A DNA stretch of 64,000 nucleotides, taken from contig CM120643.1 in the NCBI GenBank assembly GCA_051362555.1, positions 5,394,001 to 5,458,000 of the forward strand, in the 5' to 3' direction. The translations under genes and the position numbers were made by a program. Positions 13,701 through 25,645 of the stretch are shown here, one piece after another. The stretch is from Lingula anatina. Taxonomy: Eukaryota; Animalia; Brachiopoda. Positions within the stretch are counted from its first letter, which is position 1. Every line of letters starts with the position of its first letter. The notes under the pieces were generated by a model that did not search any database, was not told the origin of the DNA, and was given only the letters and a program-made list of their open reading frames with translations.

Positions 13701-14630
13701 TTAATTACTACATATATTTATATTTGTTCTAATTAATTAATACTATGTACATATTATATTTTTTTCGAATAGTATTTTATCTTTTTTAATTTTTTAATCA
13801 TTTAATTAAAATTTTAGATTCAAGTTTGTGGATTCAAAAGCATGCAAATTAATTATTGCCAGGTTGTATAATGCACACATTTCTACTTGTTTCAGTCCAC
13901 AGCTAAAGTCAGCTGTGGCCAGCATCCAGTAGCCTGCTATGTATATGGGTACTTTATTACATTGGATTTTTATTTCACTGAATGGCTTTTAGCTTACAAA
14001 TATATTTTTTGGGGTGGCAAATTGTTAATACTTCATTAACATTAAGTTTATGAAGTCCCTAGTGTTGTATGCTGGTACCTGTTGGCTCAGACTAGTTTCT
14101 GCCTTTTCCTGACATCTGTATTCTCTGTTGTTTTCTGACCTGATCTCCTTACGACAACATCAACTTAATGAACATTTGATTGCAAATGTGTTGAAGTGAG
14201 AGCTGAATTTCCATTTTCGATAAGACGCCTTTGACCTTTGAGAATTCTATATCAGCAAAAGTCAAAAATAGGCAGCCCCAGGCCAGCAAAGGTCATTAAT
14301 TAATTGCCTTACTGATAAACCTCCCATTTGTTACAACAGCGTGGACTGTTGCTTTAAATTAATGTAAAGATGCCTAATTGCATGATAGAAATGAAGTTTT
14401 TTAAACAGCCATGGGTAAGGGGTATTCCAGAAATTTATTTAAGCTATCCAAGAGAGTTTTTTTTTTTTTTATGAATAGTAATTTCCCATCAGTTATTTAG
14501 CAATTTTGCATTAGTTATTTAGCTTTTGTAGACTAAGACATTTGAAACAAAAAAAATACTGTATTATCCTTGGTGGATGTTTGCAGGCACTTATTTGCTC
14601 TTTCAGTTTACTTATTTTTGAGAAATAAAC
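10714..14630 (+). other. Probable long 3' UTR of the zinc-finger gene
   Basis: T-rich with no credible ORF. AATAAA at ~12065, ~13378 and ~14624; TGTACATA (Pumilio-type) at 11442 and 13746. True end unknown. Confidence 0.4.
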
Positions 14631-14691
14631 ATAAACACTTTTTTAAAAGCAGCCTTGCTAATGTTAATTTCTGAAAAGTGAAATAAGAGAT

Positions 14692-16310
14692 AAACTAGAA
14701 GTTCACCCAAGGGACCCCATCTCCATGGATACCTAGGCTACTGACTAGGTACCAGTATTGATTATTTAATTATTGATAATGAACTTTATAACAGCCTAAG
14801 AAATCTGCCTTTGCGTGTGCATATTTGTATTTGTAAAAAATTAAAAGACCAAGGTTTCATATGATGTCCAATACACATGGCTAGTAATAGAAAGTTGTAA
14901 AGGGGAAGAATTGATGTCGATATGGTGAAGAGAACCAGTATACACAAGCTACATATAGACAAGACCATAATTATCAGAAGAAATTGTCAAATAAAAATGT
15001 GAGGAATAAATGGCTCTTTTCTGGTTTTGAACTTCACCTGCATTTTAGGCCTCACAAGTAACACCTAGTTTCAGCTTAAATAGAGTTACCATAAGGATAA
15101 CACAATGCCCAAAAGACTCAAATTAAGGGAAAAATATTGATAAATACAAGAAATGATAGGAACAAACCTAGTTTTGAATTTGAGCAGCATCAAGTAATCT
15201 GCGAATTCGAAGCTAAATGGCAACATTTATTTCCAACTATTGCTGTAAAAAGAAATGCTTCCTGCATCAACTACATATCTCATTCGAGTGACATGGACTG
15301 CAAAGGGTGATGGCAATAGAGAGGAACCTCTCTCTCTACTTCTATGAGTGGAACCAGTACGAAAACAGCGAGAGACCCAGATGAAAGCTTGTTCACAGTG
15401 AGAAATGCGATGTTCGCAGCCAGTATTTTTACTAGTGGTCCGTGAAAAAATGGTTTAAGTCATTAATTTGGCTATCATAATCAGCAATTCACAGCTCCAA
15501 GTTACAGAAAACACTTATCATTAATCAAGCCTGTCAAATTGCTGCTGCAACATGATATTCTCCTGGAAACTGAACATGAATTATTATAAAAAGATACTTT
15601 TTCAGTAATTCCAATATAAGAATTGCTTTTAAATCATAGATTGGTATGTATGCTATCTCATGGCTAGTCAGAGGTAGCATTGAAATAATTATTTATGTAA
15701 AAAAAGATAAGTACCCCCCAGGGTTCCTAGCAACATTGTGCTACTGTTGATCCTTAATAGAAAACATACATGGTAGTTAATGTTGCATGCGGGATTCATT
15801 TATAATGAAATTATGAAAAGAAATTAAAATTCATGTAAAAAAAAATAAATCACCCAAGGGACCCCACCCAACATAACTGCCATGGTCTTGACTACTGGTT
15901 ATAATCTTCATAAAAACTAAATAAGAAACATGCCTTCATGCATGTCTTTTAAAAAGAAAATTCCAGTAAAAAAATGGAATCATCCACCCCTGGGATAGTC
16001 CACAGTTACACTAACATTCCCAAAGGCCCGCCCACACCTTTGGTGATACACGTAGGTCTATCAGTCCCAAAAGTTCCTCACTATAATATACATGTAGTAG
16101 AAATTATACTTTGTGAAACTAGAAAGCAAACTACCGCCAAGACAGCACAATTCTCGATGTTTTCAATTATAAATAGATCACCACCGAAATCAAGTCGATT
16201 CTAACTAAGACCTTTTCTAAAAATCAAATAGTTAGGCCGCTAGCTGTCAAACCAACAAAAGCAAAACATTCCCACCTTGACGTAGGAAAGGTCTCGGCGA
16301 TGTGAACAAT
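14692..16310 (+). mobile_element. Non-autonomous Helentron/DINE-1-like element, degraded
   Basis: Starts AAACTAGAAGTTCACCCAAGGGACC and ends GGTCTCGGCGATGTGAACAAT (imperfect subterminal inverted repeat) with a short hairpin ACCTT...AAGGT. CACCCAAGGGACCCCA recurs at ~15851. Confidence 0.5.
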
Positions 16311-18663
16311 CTTACACTACAGAGATCATGAAAACTAATGTAATTAAACCTAAAAGAGACATAGACAAAGTATTCTTTAAATAAAAAGATTTTATTTTTT
16401 TTCTTACAACTCATTCTATTGTAATAAAGAGACATTGAACTTTCAACTGGTCAATAGAATCCGAGCATAAAATTGTCACTTAGAAAAAATGGAACTATAA
16501 TTAAATCCTTAACTAATTTTTTTTTAATCTTAGAGTTACGTAACTGAGGTAACTAAGTTTCGGCGTTGTCACGACATAATTTCAGTACACATGAAGAAGG
16601 CTTTGTAATGCGGCTGAAAAGTTTTGACCTCCGTTTTAAACGTTGGGTCCAGTTTGAAATTTAATGAAAGTTCTTTAAATCTTCATATCATCTTAGATTA
16701 AACCTACTGAATCAAAACTTTAATTTTAATTACTTTAATCATTCCTTATTTTGTGGGGAGGCAGCAAGGGTTTGGGATCGCACCACCCCCTCCCTTTTCT
16801 CCTAGCCTCAATAGTCTTTCGCCAGGACTGCAGCCCAAGCAAGAACAGAAACGGATGACCGGATAGCTGTCAAACAAGATTGCTACTTCATGTGGAATAT
16901 TTTTTCAGATGAAAGGAATTTCACAAATTGTTCAGTTACATATTAGGTCTTGACCCTGTGTCCCTGTAGTCTGATAACCGAGCGCCTGGTGATCTTCTGC
17001 CCCTCCAGGGGTTCGCGGTATCAAGCCGGCAATTGATGCCCTTTACATAGTTTTTCGCGTGTTAATAGCTATTCGTACACGGACTGCTATCTATGACATG
17101 TAGGTGAATTGCTAATTGATTTATCTACAGTTTTCAGAGGTCTTGTTTAGTGACGGCAAAGTGATTGCTTTTGTTTCTAATGAGAACAGAAAGCTCGTAG
17201 GCTCCGCACGCGCCTATGGGGCACTTTCTCGCATGCAACATATTAAAAAAGTACATTTATTCATAAAGAATGTCTGCGACAAATCGATAAAATATTTGTT
17301 GTTTTTGTTTCAAAGGCCCAATGGCTGATTTTTAAGAAAATAAAGTTTGGAATGGATAATCATCATTTTACTAAAATTAGCACTTTTAATATTTAATCTT
17401 TCTCCCCCTACCAAAAAAAGGTTTCTCAAAGTTCAATATAGCAGATTGGAGCAATGGTGAGAGATGCCATTTGCTTTTGTACAGGCCATCTGTGACAAAA
17501 TAAGTCTGGAAAACCCACTGAGTTACTTTGTTTTGAAATACTAAGAGTAGAGATCAATAGCGAGAGAAAAGAACCGATCAAAATTTGTTTTGGTGGCTTA
17601 TATTGCTCCATCTCTGTCTATATCCCGTGGTTGGCTTGCTGTCTTCTTATCAGTTATCCTCATTCCACGGTATACAGTCATTCCTTTCTTATCCTGTCCT
17701 ATTTTATCCCATGCTTTATTCCTATCTCGGGAACCAGAATCACTTATTATTATTACCAGTGTTTTATTTCATTTATTTTAATTTTTGGTATTTAATACTT
17801 ATCCCATTTAAATGGCCATTTTGGTATGATACATGTATATTCTAATCTACATTGAACGTCAGTATACAGGCAGAAGCAGGATATCAAAAGATTATATGCT
17901 CTCCCTGTTCGGTAAATTGCCAAAAATATGATCGAGAGTGTGGACATTTCCTAGCAGTGGACCACAGGGCAGTTACTTTACTGCAGAACAGAGATAGTGG
18001 GCGCATATCACATTAAAAATCCCGCACCCTAAAAAAATACACGCAGAAAAAATGTGCTTTTACTTCTATGAGAATGACGAGATGTTCTTCTTCTTCCACA
18101 TCAAACCAAAATTTGCACAGTATTGAAAAGTCAACCCAACATATAACGATCTTTATTATTATAAATGTCTACACAGCGCCCATGTCTGCACTCACCAATA
18201 TGAATTCCAGTAATCCTAGGAAATAACAGCAGCCGGTGACTCGGAATCAGGGGAGAGACTCTGGCAGTCACCTAGGATATCTCGGTCTCGAGGCAGACTT
18301 CGATAAAAATATGAAAAAAAAGAAAATCTCGTGAACCAGTGACATTTTCAAATAAAAATTCACTGACTCAACCGAGCCGATAACGGGTTTGGGCTCATGT
18401 TATAAAACAGTCCTTGCTTAATATCCCGGGTGTACCAGTACCATAGTGCACACATAGATCTATTTGTGACAAGAATAAATAGATTTCTCCGAGATAACAG
18501 CGAGGAAAGATAACATATAGTGAATGGAATCCCTCCAACAGATGTTCTATTGCTGTAAAACCTTTGACCTTTTTTTTTCTTTTTGTATTTGGATTGCACG
18601 CATCACTTCTGGCTCATCCACTGCTCACCTTCTACCGCCCCTCTGCTCCCCCCCCCCTCCCAC

Positions 18664-18694
<31 letters not shown>

Positions 18695-20825
18695 CCCCCC
18701 CCCCCTCCCCGACACATTTTCTTGTCTACCTTCACAAAACTAAGACCTGCTCCACATTGTATTATTGCAATACAATCTGATCCTCTCTTGGAATAGAAGC
18801 CGATAAGAAAAATATGCGATCAAATATTCAAACTAAATACCCCATACAAGAGGGCCTCAAGACTGCTGAGGGCGAATGTCTCGTGGTCAAGGTTACAAGA
18901 TGAACGAGATGAAGGAAAAGGAAATGAAGTCCAGATAAGATCTAGCCAGTGGTTGGGAGATAGACTTTCAAGATAAGATGACCCACTGATAACACACTTA
19001 AAGCCAGCAGCATCATGTATTCACTGATCCCTTCTTACAGCCTATTTAAATACAAAGGGGTTTAATCATACATTTATTTATCTATTAATTAATTTATTTA
19101 TTCATTTATTTATTCATTTATCAAATGCAAGACTTTGGTGATGATTGGCCAATATAAAATTATATTGATTGTACGAAAAATTGACGTTAATAGCTATATA
19201 ATTTTGACGAGACGATTTAAACACGGTGGTGTCTTGATAGTCTCCATTTTCTACGTTTAAGACATTTATCAGATTTAGCAGAAAGTAAGAGAAGAGTCAT
19301 TCCTTCCAGCCCAAAAACTTTTTATTGTCGTCGTACTCTTATTACGCTTCCTATAAACAAACAATTATAAACAAACAAAATATACCTAAAGGTTGTGCGT
19401 CCCTATACTAAACCTTATAACATCACAGTTCTTATTAAGCAAGGTAAAATCTATGCTTACTATATATAAACTATAAAGTACGGGGCCTACAAGACGCCCA
19501 CGACAAAATCAGTAGGCCTACTATAAACACTCTGTCTGACACCAATAATCTCCGTAAGGATACATGAGGATATTCACTACTACACCTGGAAAAACATCGA
19601 AAAATATCTGCGGAAACAAGTGCGAGAAGACAAATACTGCTATGCCATAGTGGCATGTCACGGAGGCCAGTAAAGCTGCCCTTGGTATGGTCTGCTTTGA
19701 GACATACAAAGAACAAGCAAAATCAATTTAAATTGCTTTTGTAATATTCCTTAAGAGGTTAATTTAAAGATACGATATCCAGGATTTTCGTACCACATTC
19801 AATTTTCCTTGAGAAAAAAGCATTTTCTCTTAATCAAGAAACAGTGTTGGATTCGTCCCTGAACTTTGATTAGACATATATTATTTATTGAAATTATAAT
19901 TAAAATCATTATAATTGAAATTTAAAATTGAAATATATTATCGTTTCTACAAAAAAAAATCTAGCTTTAAATGTCTTGCCAGAAATGGATTAGATAATTA
20001 GCGTTGCAAGATATTTGGACAAAATAATACTTTGGGACATTTCAAATTCGGTAAGTACGCGTTTGCCTTCCAACATATGATGATATCCAGTTGCTATATT
20101 CATTTCAACACTTGGTTGTCGATTGTGACAATCTCATCTGCAGCAATATGATACATGTAGATGTGGTGAAGCCAGTGAACCTTCTCTGGTCACCCTGTGC
20201 ACCGGTAGAAAAGGCGTAAGTTCTTCTTGCCAGGTGTGGCCAGGAAGTTATTTGACAGCGTTACCAGATTAATGACATTTCAATTTTTGCTTGAGGTTTT
20301 ACTATTTTGCTCATTGTTTCACAATTTAACACAAAATACATGAAGAGATACGGTTAGTTCAAGCAAATATCCCGTTTTTTACTCTAAAATGTCGCCTCGT
20401 TAGTGTTAGAGCAATATTCTCTACTTAATTTTTGTGCAATTTTATATATAAATAGCCATCGCCTTTTAGAATAGAAAGATAAAACGTAGGATTCAAAACA
20501 AACAATAAGTACCTAAACCAATTCTTGTTTAACTTATCTGAGGACAAGTAAATTTTTTAAATCTCAATTTCACAATTAAATAACACAAATTAATGTCGCA
20601 ATAACAATCAGTTTTACCAGAATTTGATAGCACATAATCCAGAAGTCAGCGCTAGCATTGAGCTTGAATGGATGGGTGAATTCATAAAACCATCGTTGGT
20701 GTGAGCTAAGGACTCTTAAAAATTTCCAGACTGTTTCAGATTTGTGAAGAGTGTCGGGAAAAGTGAAAGAAAGCTTTGGTACAAGGGAAAAAGACAGTTT
20801 CCCTCTGGGAAATTCGTTAAGCACG

Positions 20826-20864
<39 letters not shown>

Positions 20865-20902
20865 AGAAATATCATTAGACGAATCACGTTATAGGTCTAC
20901 TG

Positions 20903-21067
20903 CCCGTGTAACAGGAATGGAAGTCCGCTAGAAACCGTAGTCCGCATCCCTTTAATTTGTAAGGGTGACATTCGTCCTATATACTGACTCCAATAAGGGG
21001 TACCTCCAACTAACCCTAACCTGTACTAATCATATGGGAGTCCGGACTTCCATACCTGCCACACCGG
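20903..21067. mobile_element. MITE, family A copy 1
   Basis: TIRs CCCGTGTAACAGGAATGGAAGTCCG / CGGACTTCCATACCTGCCACACCGG; near-identical copy at 30833-30975. Confidence 0.8.
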
Positions 21068-22289
21068 CATGAATAGGATCTCGTCTTTATAAAAGAAAAG
21101 AAATATAATATGAAGACAAACCTACCTACTCGGCTTGGAAGTTCAACCCGCGAGTTTATCCGAAACTAATCATGAAATACCAAGGAATTTGACTCCCTGA
21201 CACCCCCCTAAACCCGCCACTGTATGACGTGGTCTTATACAGAGAAATCATGGTAGGTGATAGCTTTGGATTTTAATTAGCAGCCGTGCACGCTACCGAC
21301 TGCGCTGTCACCCTTGGGGTGAGGTCCGGGGCCCCTTCACGAAAAAATTGGTGTTTTGGAGGAAAAACAATGCCATTTGGTACTGTTTAGAACTATGAAC
21401 CAGCTAATCAAACTCTTATTTTAAGAGGGGGGATATTAATGTGATATTTTCAGAAACCGAAGGGGGGGGGGGGGGGAGTCATGGCCGCCTTGACCCCCCC
21501 CCCCCAATCGGGCCCCTGCAACTGTAGAAGGCAACTTCAGATTGAATAACTGACCGGCTGGCGATATAAAATACAAAAATAATATGAGATTGTTGTCTAT
21601 TTACTGCATGAGGATGTTCGCTTCTTGGTTAAGAGCTACATGTACTTCAATCTTGGATCATAGCTTCGGTCCAGGCTGTAATTCCATCGCCTTAAATACT
21701 GCAAAGACACGAATTTCAACATCATTAAACAGGTACATAAATGAGCACATGTTTTGATTACCAATTTCTCTGTATTTTGAGATATTTGAGAGATTTAATA
21801 TGTTCATCATTTTTTACTCGCATTCTGGTGACTTAAAACCAAAAAAAAAAAAACGTTAATTTAAATAAAGCCATCGATATGAAACTTTTACATCAAATAA
21901 AATAGTTTGAAGACTTTTCTTTCCGTTCTTTTAAAATAGAGCTTTACACAAAAATAACTAGAGGATCAGAGAGGCGATACCGCCTCCGGATGTTGTACCA
22001 CCAGCTGGAGTAAGCGTATTCGAATGGAAACCCCCCCAAAAAAGGGACACCACCACCACCAGTCTTGTGCTTGAGAAGCTCTATATCATGTAATTGACAA
22101 AATTCTTAAAATATGCAAAAAATATAACTAAAAATGGTACAAGCAAGCAGATTTTCGAAATGACCTGTATTTTCCTAACATTGATCACTCCTGTGTTTCT
22201 CTAGACAATAGACCTATTGTTTTTCCTTGAAATGTGTTGTCAGTGTTGCATATATGCTGACAAAAGAAAAAAACCATGAGGCAACACTA

Positions 22290-23010
22290 GGCATATCTCT
22301 GTTAGTTTTGAAGATATGAGGGACAAGAAAATATGTAAAGCTCAGTTCATGGTGAAAAAGTAGGTCAAAGGTCAATTTCAATGTCACAGTATATGACTAC
22401 CTATTCAAGTTCAATAGTAACCATGGGCATTTCTTTGGCAATTTTGGAGATGTAAAGGCCAGAAAACATGCAAAAAGCAGTTCATCATAAAAAGTAGGTC
22501 AAACGTCAATTTTAAGGTCACAGTTAGTTGCCAGTATATGATTTCCTATTTAACTTTAATTGTAACTATGGGTGTATCTCTGTCGGTTTTTGGGATATAA
22601 AGTTCAGTTCATGGTGAAAATAAGGTCAAAGGTCAATTTCAGGGTCACAGTTAGATTGCCAGTATATGACTTCCTATTCAAGTTCAACAGTAACTATGTG
22701 CATATCTTTGCCAGTTTTGGAGATATAAAGATCAGAAAATTTACAAAGTGCAGTTCATGGTGAAAATAAGGTCAAAGGTCAATTTCAGGGTCACAATTAG
22801 ATTGCCAGTATATGACTTCCTATTCAACTTCAATAGTAACTATGGGCATTTCTTTGCCAGTTTTGGAGAGATTAGGGACTTAAATGTTGCAAAGTTCAGT
22901 TCATGGTGAAAAGTAGGTCAAAGGTCAATTCTAAGGTCACAATTAGATTGCCAGTATATGACTTCCTATTCAACTTCTATAGTAACTATGGAGATATAAG
23001 GGATTAAATG
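22290..23010. repeat. Tandem repeat, ~5 units of 127-146 bp
   Basis: CAGTTCATGGTGAAAA anchor (or variant) at 22343, 22478, 22605, 22751 and 22897. Confidence 0.92.
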
Positions 23011-23415
23011 TTACAATTTTGGAGTTAAATTATGTGCCATAAATTTCCAACAAAAAAATTAATTGAAATAAAGAAAATGTCATTTTGGTTGAAATTCTTG
23101 AAATGGGAGGTGCTCAGAAGTTCCAGATGTTCAAATTTCATGAAATAATGTCATTTTTGACCAGAAGTTGTCTGCCTCGGTCTTCTGTTTTATTTTCCAG
23201 GGGTTCAAAATTTATTACACATTACCGTATTGCACATTTTGCTTTCACCACCACAATGTACTTTTTGATACAGCATAACTCGTAAACCGTTCGGAAAAAA
23301 AACGGAGACCACCTTCAGTGTTAGGCTTGACATGCTCTACAAAATGCAAAAAAGAATAGGTCTCTAGCATTAACGGTTCCCGAATTGGAGACAGTTTTCA
23401 GTTTCGGTATCTTTT

Positions 23416-23583
23416 CAGGGGCGGATCCAGAGATATTTTCTGACAGTCTTCCAAATTATCTTCGTTGATCCATCTTCCATTTTTGACCGTCTTCCGACAG
23501 AAAACATTAGATGGCTGACAATGTAAACTTGAAAATCTGACCGTCTTCTAGAAGACCCAGAAGACGGCCTAAATCCACCCCTG
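23416..23583. mobile_element. hAT-like MITE with 5-bp TSD (CTTTT)
   Basis: TIRs CAGGGGCGGATCCAG / CTAAATCCACCCCTG; CTTTT at 23411-23415 and 23584-23588. A related degraded copy starts at ~36157. Confidence 0.75.
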
Positions 23584-24707
23584 CTTTTGGTCGCTACTCC
23601 CGTGAAAATGCACCGATTGACCCCAAACTCACGGAGATGAAAGATGACCTGAAGGGTAACACCTGCCAATAATATTATAGGTTAGGTCTGTGTACATAAG
23701 CGCAAATAATTCCAAATCTGTCTGAACATAAGCGCAAATAATTTTTCTTTCGTAAAAAACTTCCTTTTTCTGAAAATTTTGGCCCGTTTGACCCTGAAAT
23801 AAAGGTCAAAGGTCAAATCCAAGGGCATATATGAAATCTCCACATATGACTTTCTGTCAGCCGTCTGTAGAAATTTTTCCCATAATTCTTTCCGTATGGT
23901 AGATAATTAGCATTTAATTTTGCCATTTTTGGACAAGGGTGCGTTGCAATGAGCGCCACACCTAGACCCCGGCACCGACAGACCCCAAAATTACATGGAA
24001 CGAGTTGAGATTATAGGTGACCTAAATCCAAGAGATGGGTACGCAGGCCCTTGTAGTCTAGGAGGAGAAGCGGTAACGGTGAGATGGCGGCGAAGCCGGC
24101 GGAACATGCGGGTCGGGACTAAAACCATGTGTACCGCCAGCGCCTACGCATATTCAAATATAAACAGGGAATCGTTATCTTAAAAGTGAAAATCTTATAC
24201 AGTTCCGACTTTTGACGGGTATTGGGGTATTTTTTGCGATGTTTATAGAAAAAATTCAAACGTTTACTCTCTTTTTTTCAACTTTTCTCGTTTTACTTTA
24301 AACTTAGAAATATAGTCAGTGTCGTAATTTATAAATGAAGCAGTATTTCATTCTTGCAAAATCAGTTAATTGTGGACAGAAATTTTGCTATTTTACAGAA
24401 AGAGCTTATATTGTTATTATGGAGACGATGTGGTAAATGTGCAGGTAAATGAAATGAGCTAGAAGATTATGTGGGCTTCATTGCGGCAGCTGCCCTTCTT
24501 CCAAAATCTGGGCTTCATGAATATTTCAATAAAATGCACAAACGAATAATCAAGTCAAAAACGAATAACAAGAAAAAGAAACAATAGACAGAAATTTTGG
24601 TATCCTTTATTATTGTTTTCAAGTGCTTCTTTTACCCCAACAATCCATTTTATCTCAAGACAAAAACACCCCTTATATGCCAAGCTATCAATATATATTT
24701 GCACACC

Positions 24708-24969
24708 CAGGGGCGGATCCAGAATTATTTTAAAGGGGGGTTCGCAGATGCAAAGCCGGCCCCCACCTCTCTCCCCTTGGCGTGGGGTTCGGGGGCCGCT
24801 GAAGGCCCCCGAAATTTTTGGTATTTTAGGGGTGCCCTTAAGTATGGTTTAATGCTATGATTCAGTTAGTCAAAATTCTAATTTCAAGAGGGGACCATTG
24901 GTGTGATCTTTTTTTCAGAAATCGAAGGGGGGTCAGGACCCCTCTGACATCCCCCTAAATCTCCAACTG
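24708..24969. mobile_element. hAT-like MITE
   Basis: CAGGGGCGGATCCAG ... CCCCCTAAATCTCCAACTG degenerate termini; similar fragments at ~21300-21520, ~43130-43200 and ~43890-44150. Confidence 0.6.
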
Positions 24970-25645
24970 TTTAGGTAGTGAGAGTTGGAGAGGGGAGTCG
25001 GTGTTACGTGACAGAGTCCGCTTCCCATTCATTTGTGCAGGTGAGCCTCGCTCTAGATTTTGACCCAGTTAAGTCAAACTAACCCTAACCATTATAACTA
25101 TGTAAACGTGCGTTACTCCAAACCATCATCCAGAGGCAATTCCGTGGACTTGGACAGGTTATCAAGGCAATTGGCAAAGGAAGTTTAGAAAGTGTGGCTT
25201 TACGAGGGAGAAACGAGGGGAAGCGAGCAAGGGGAAATAAAGAAAGCGGGTGAAAGCTTATGGACTACAATATGTGGCACGGATTCAATAGCGGAGATTT
25301 TAACCTGGGCCAGTAATTGTAACCGTTGGAAGCTCAAGAAGCATTCTCAAGAAGCACTTCACTTGCACTTGAAAGAATGAGCGAAAGCTGTAAGTCACCT
25401 ATCTTGATGATTTGATTGAATTGAGTTACACAGTCCTTGATGTTTTGCAATGTAGCAGTATTTGACGTTATGGTCAGAGGGTCCCTGGATGTTATCAATG
25501 AGTTGCGTACACTTTGTATTGTAAATTCGAGTCTTAGTGGTTGTAGGATACGCTAAATTTCACGTAAGAATTTTACCATTCATCCAACCTTCTAACAGAA
25601 AAAAGGAAACAGACATAAAAGCACAACGGGATAATCATTATAACT

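Larger units (their letters stand above)
21956..24150 (+). mobile_element. Helentron/DINE-like non-autonomous element carrying a ~146-bp satellite array and a nested MITE
   Basis: Begins AACTAGAGGATCAGAGAGGCGATACCGCCTCC (short hairpin), has central tandem repeats rich in AGGTCAAAGGTCA, and a GC-rich 3' end at ~24080-24150. Boundaries approximate. Confidence 0.55.

Noticed and set aside
16960-17035. tRNA/SINE-head-like sequence
   Set aside because: Only a vague B-box resemblance and no cloverleaf; too degenerate to call.
21009-21020. Telomere-like CTAACCCTAACC (also ~25079)
   Set aside because: Only two units, inside a MITE family; not an interstitial telomere array.
22290-23010. CRISPR-like regular repeats
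   Set aside because: Whole units repeat, with no unique spacers and no cas genes; eukaryotic satellite in a Helentron-like element.
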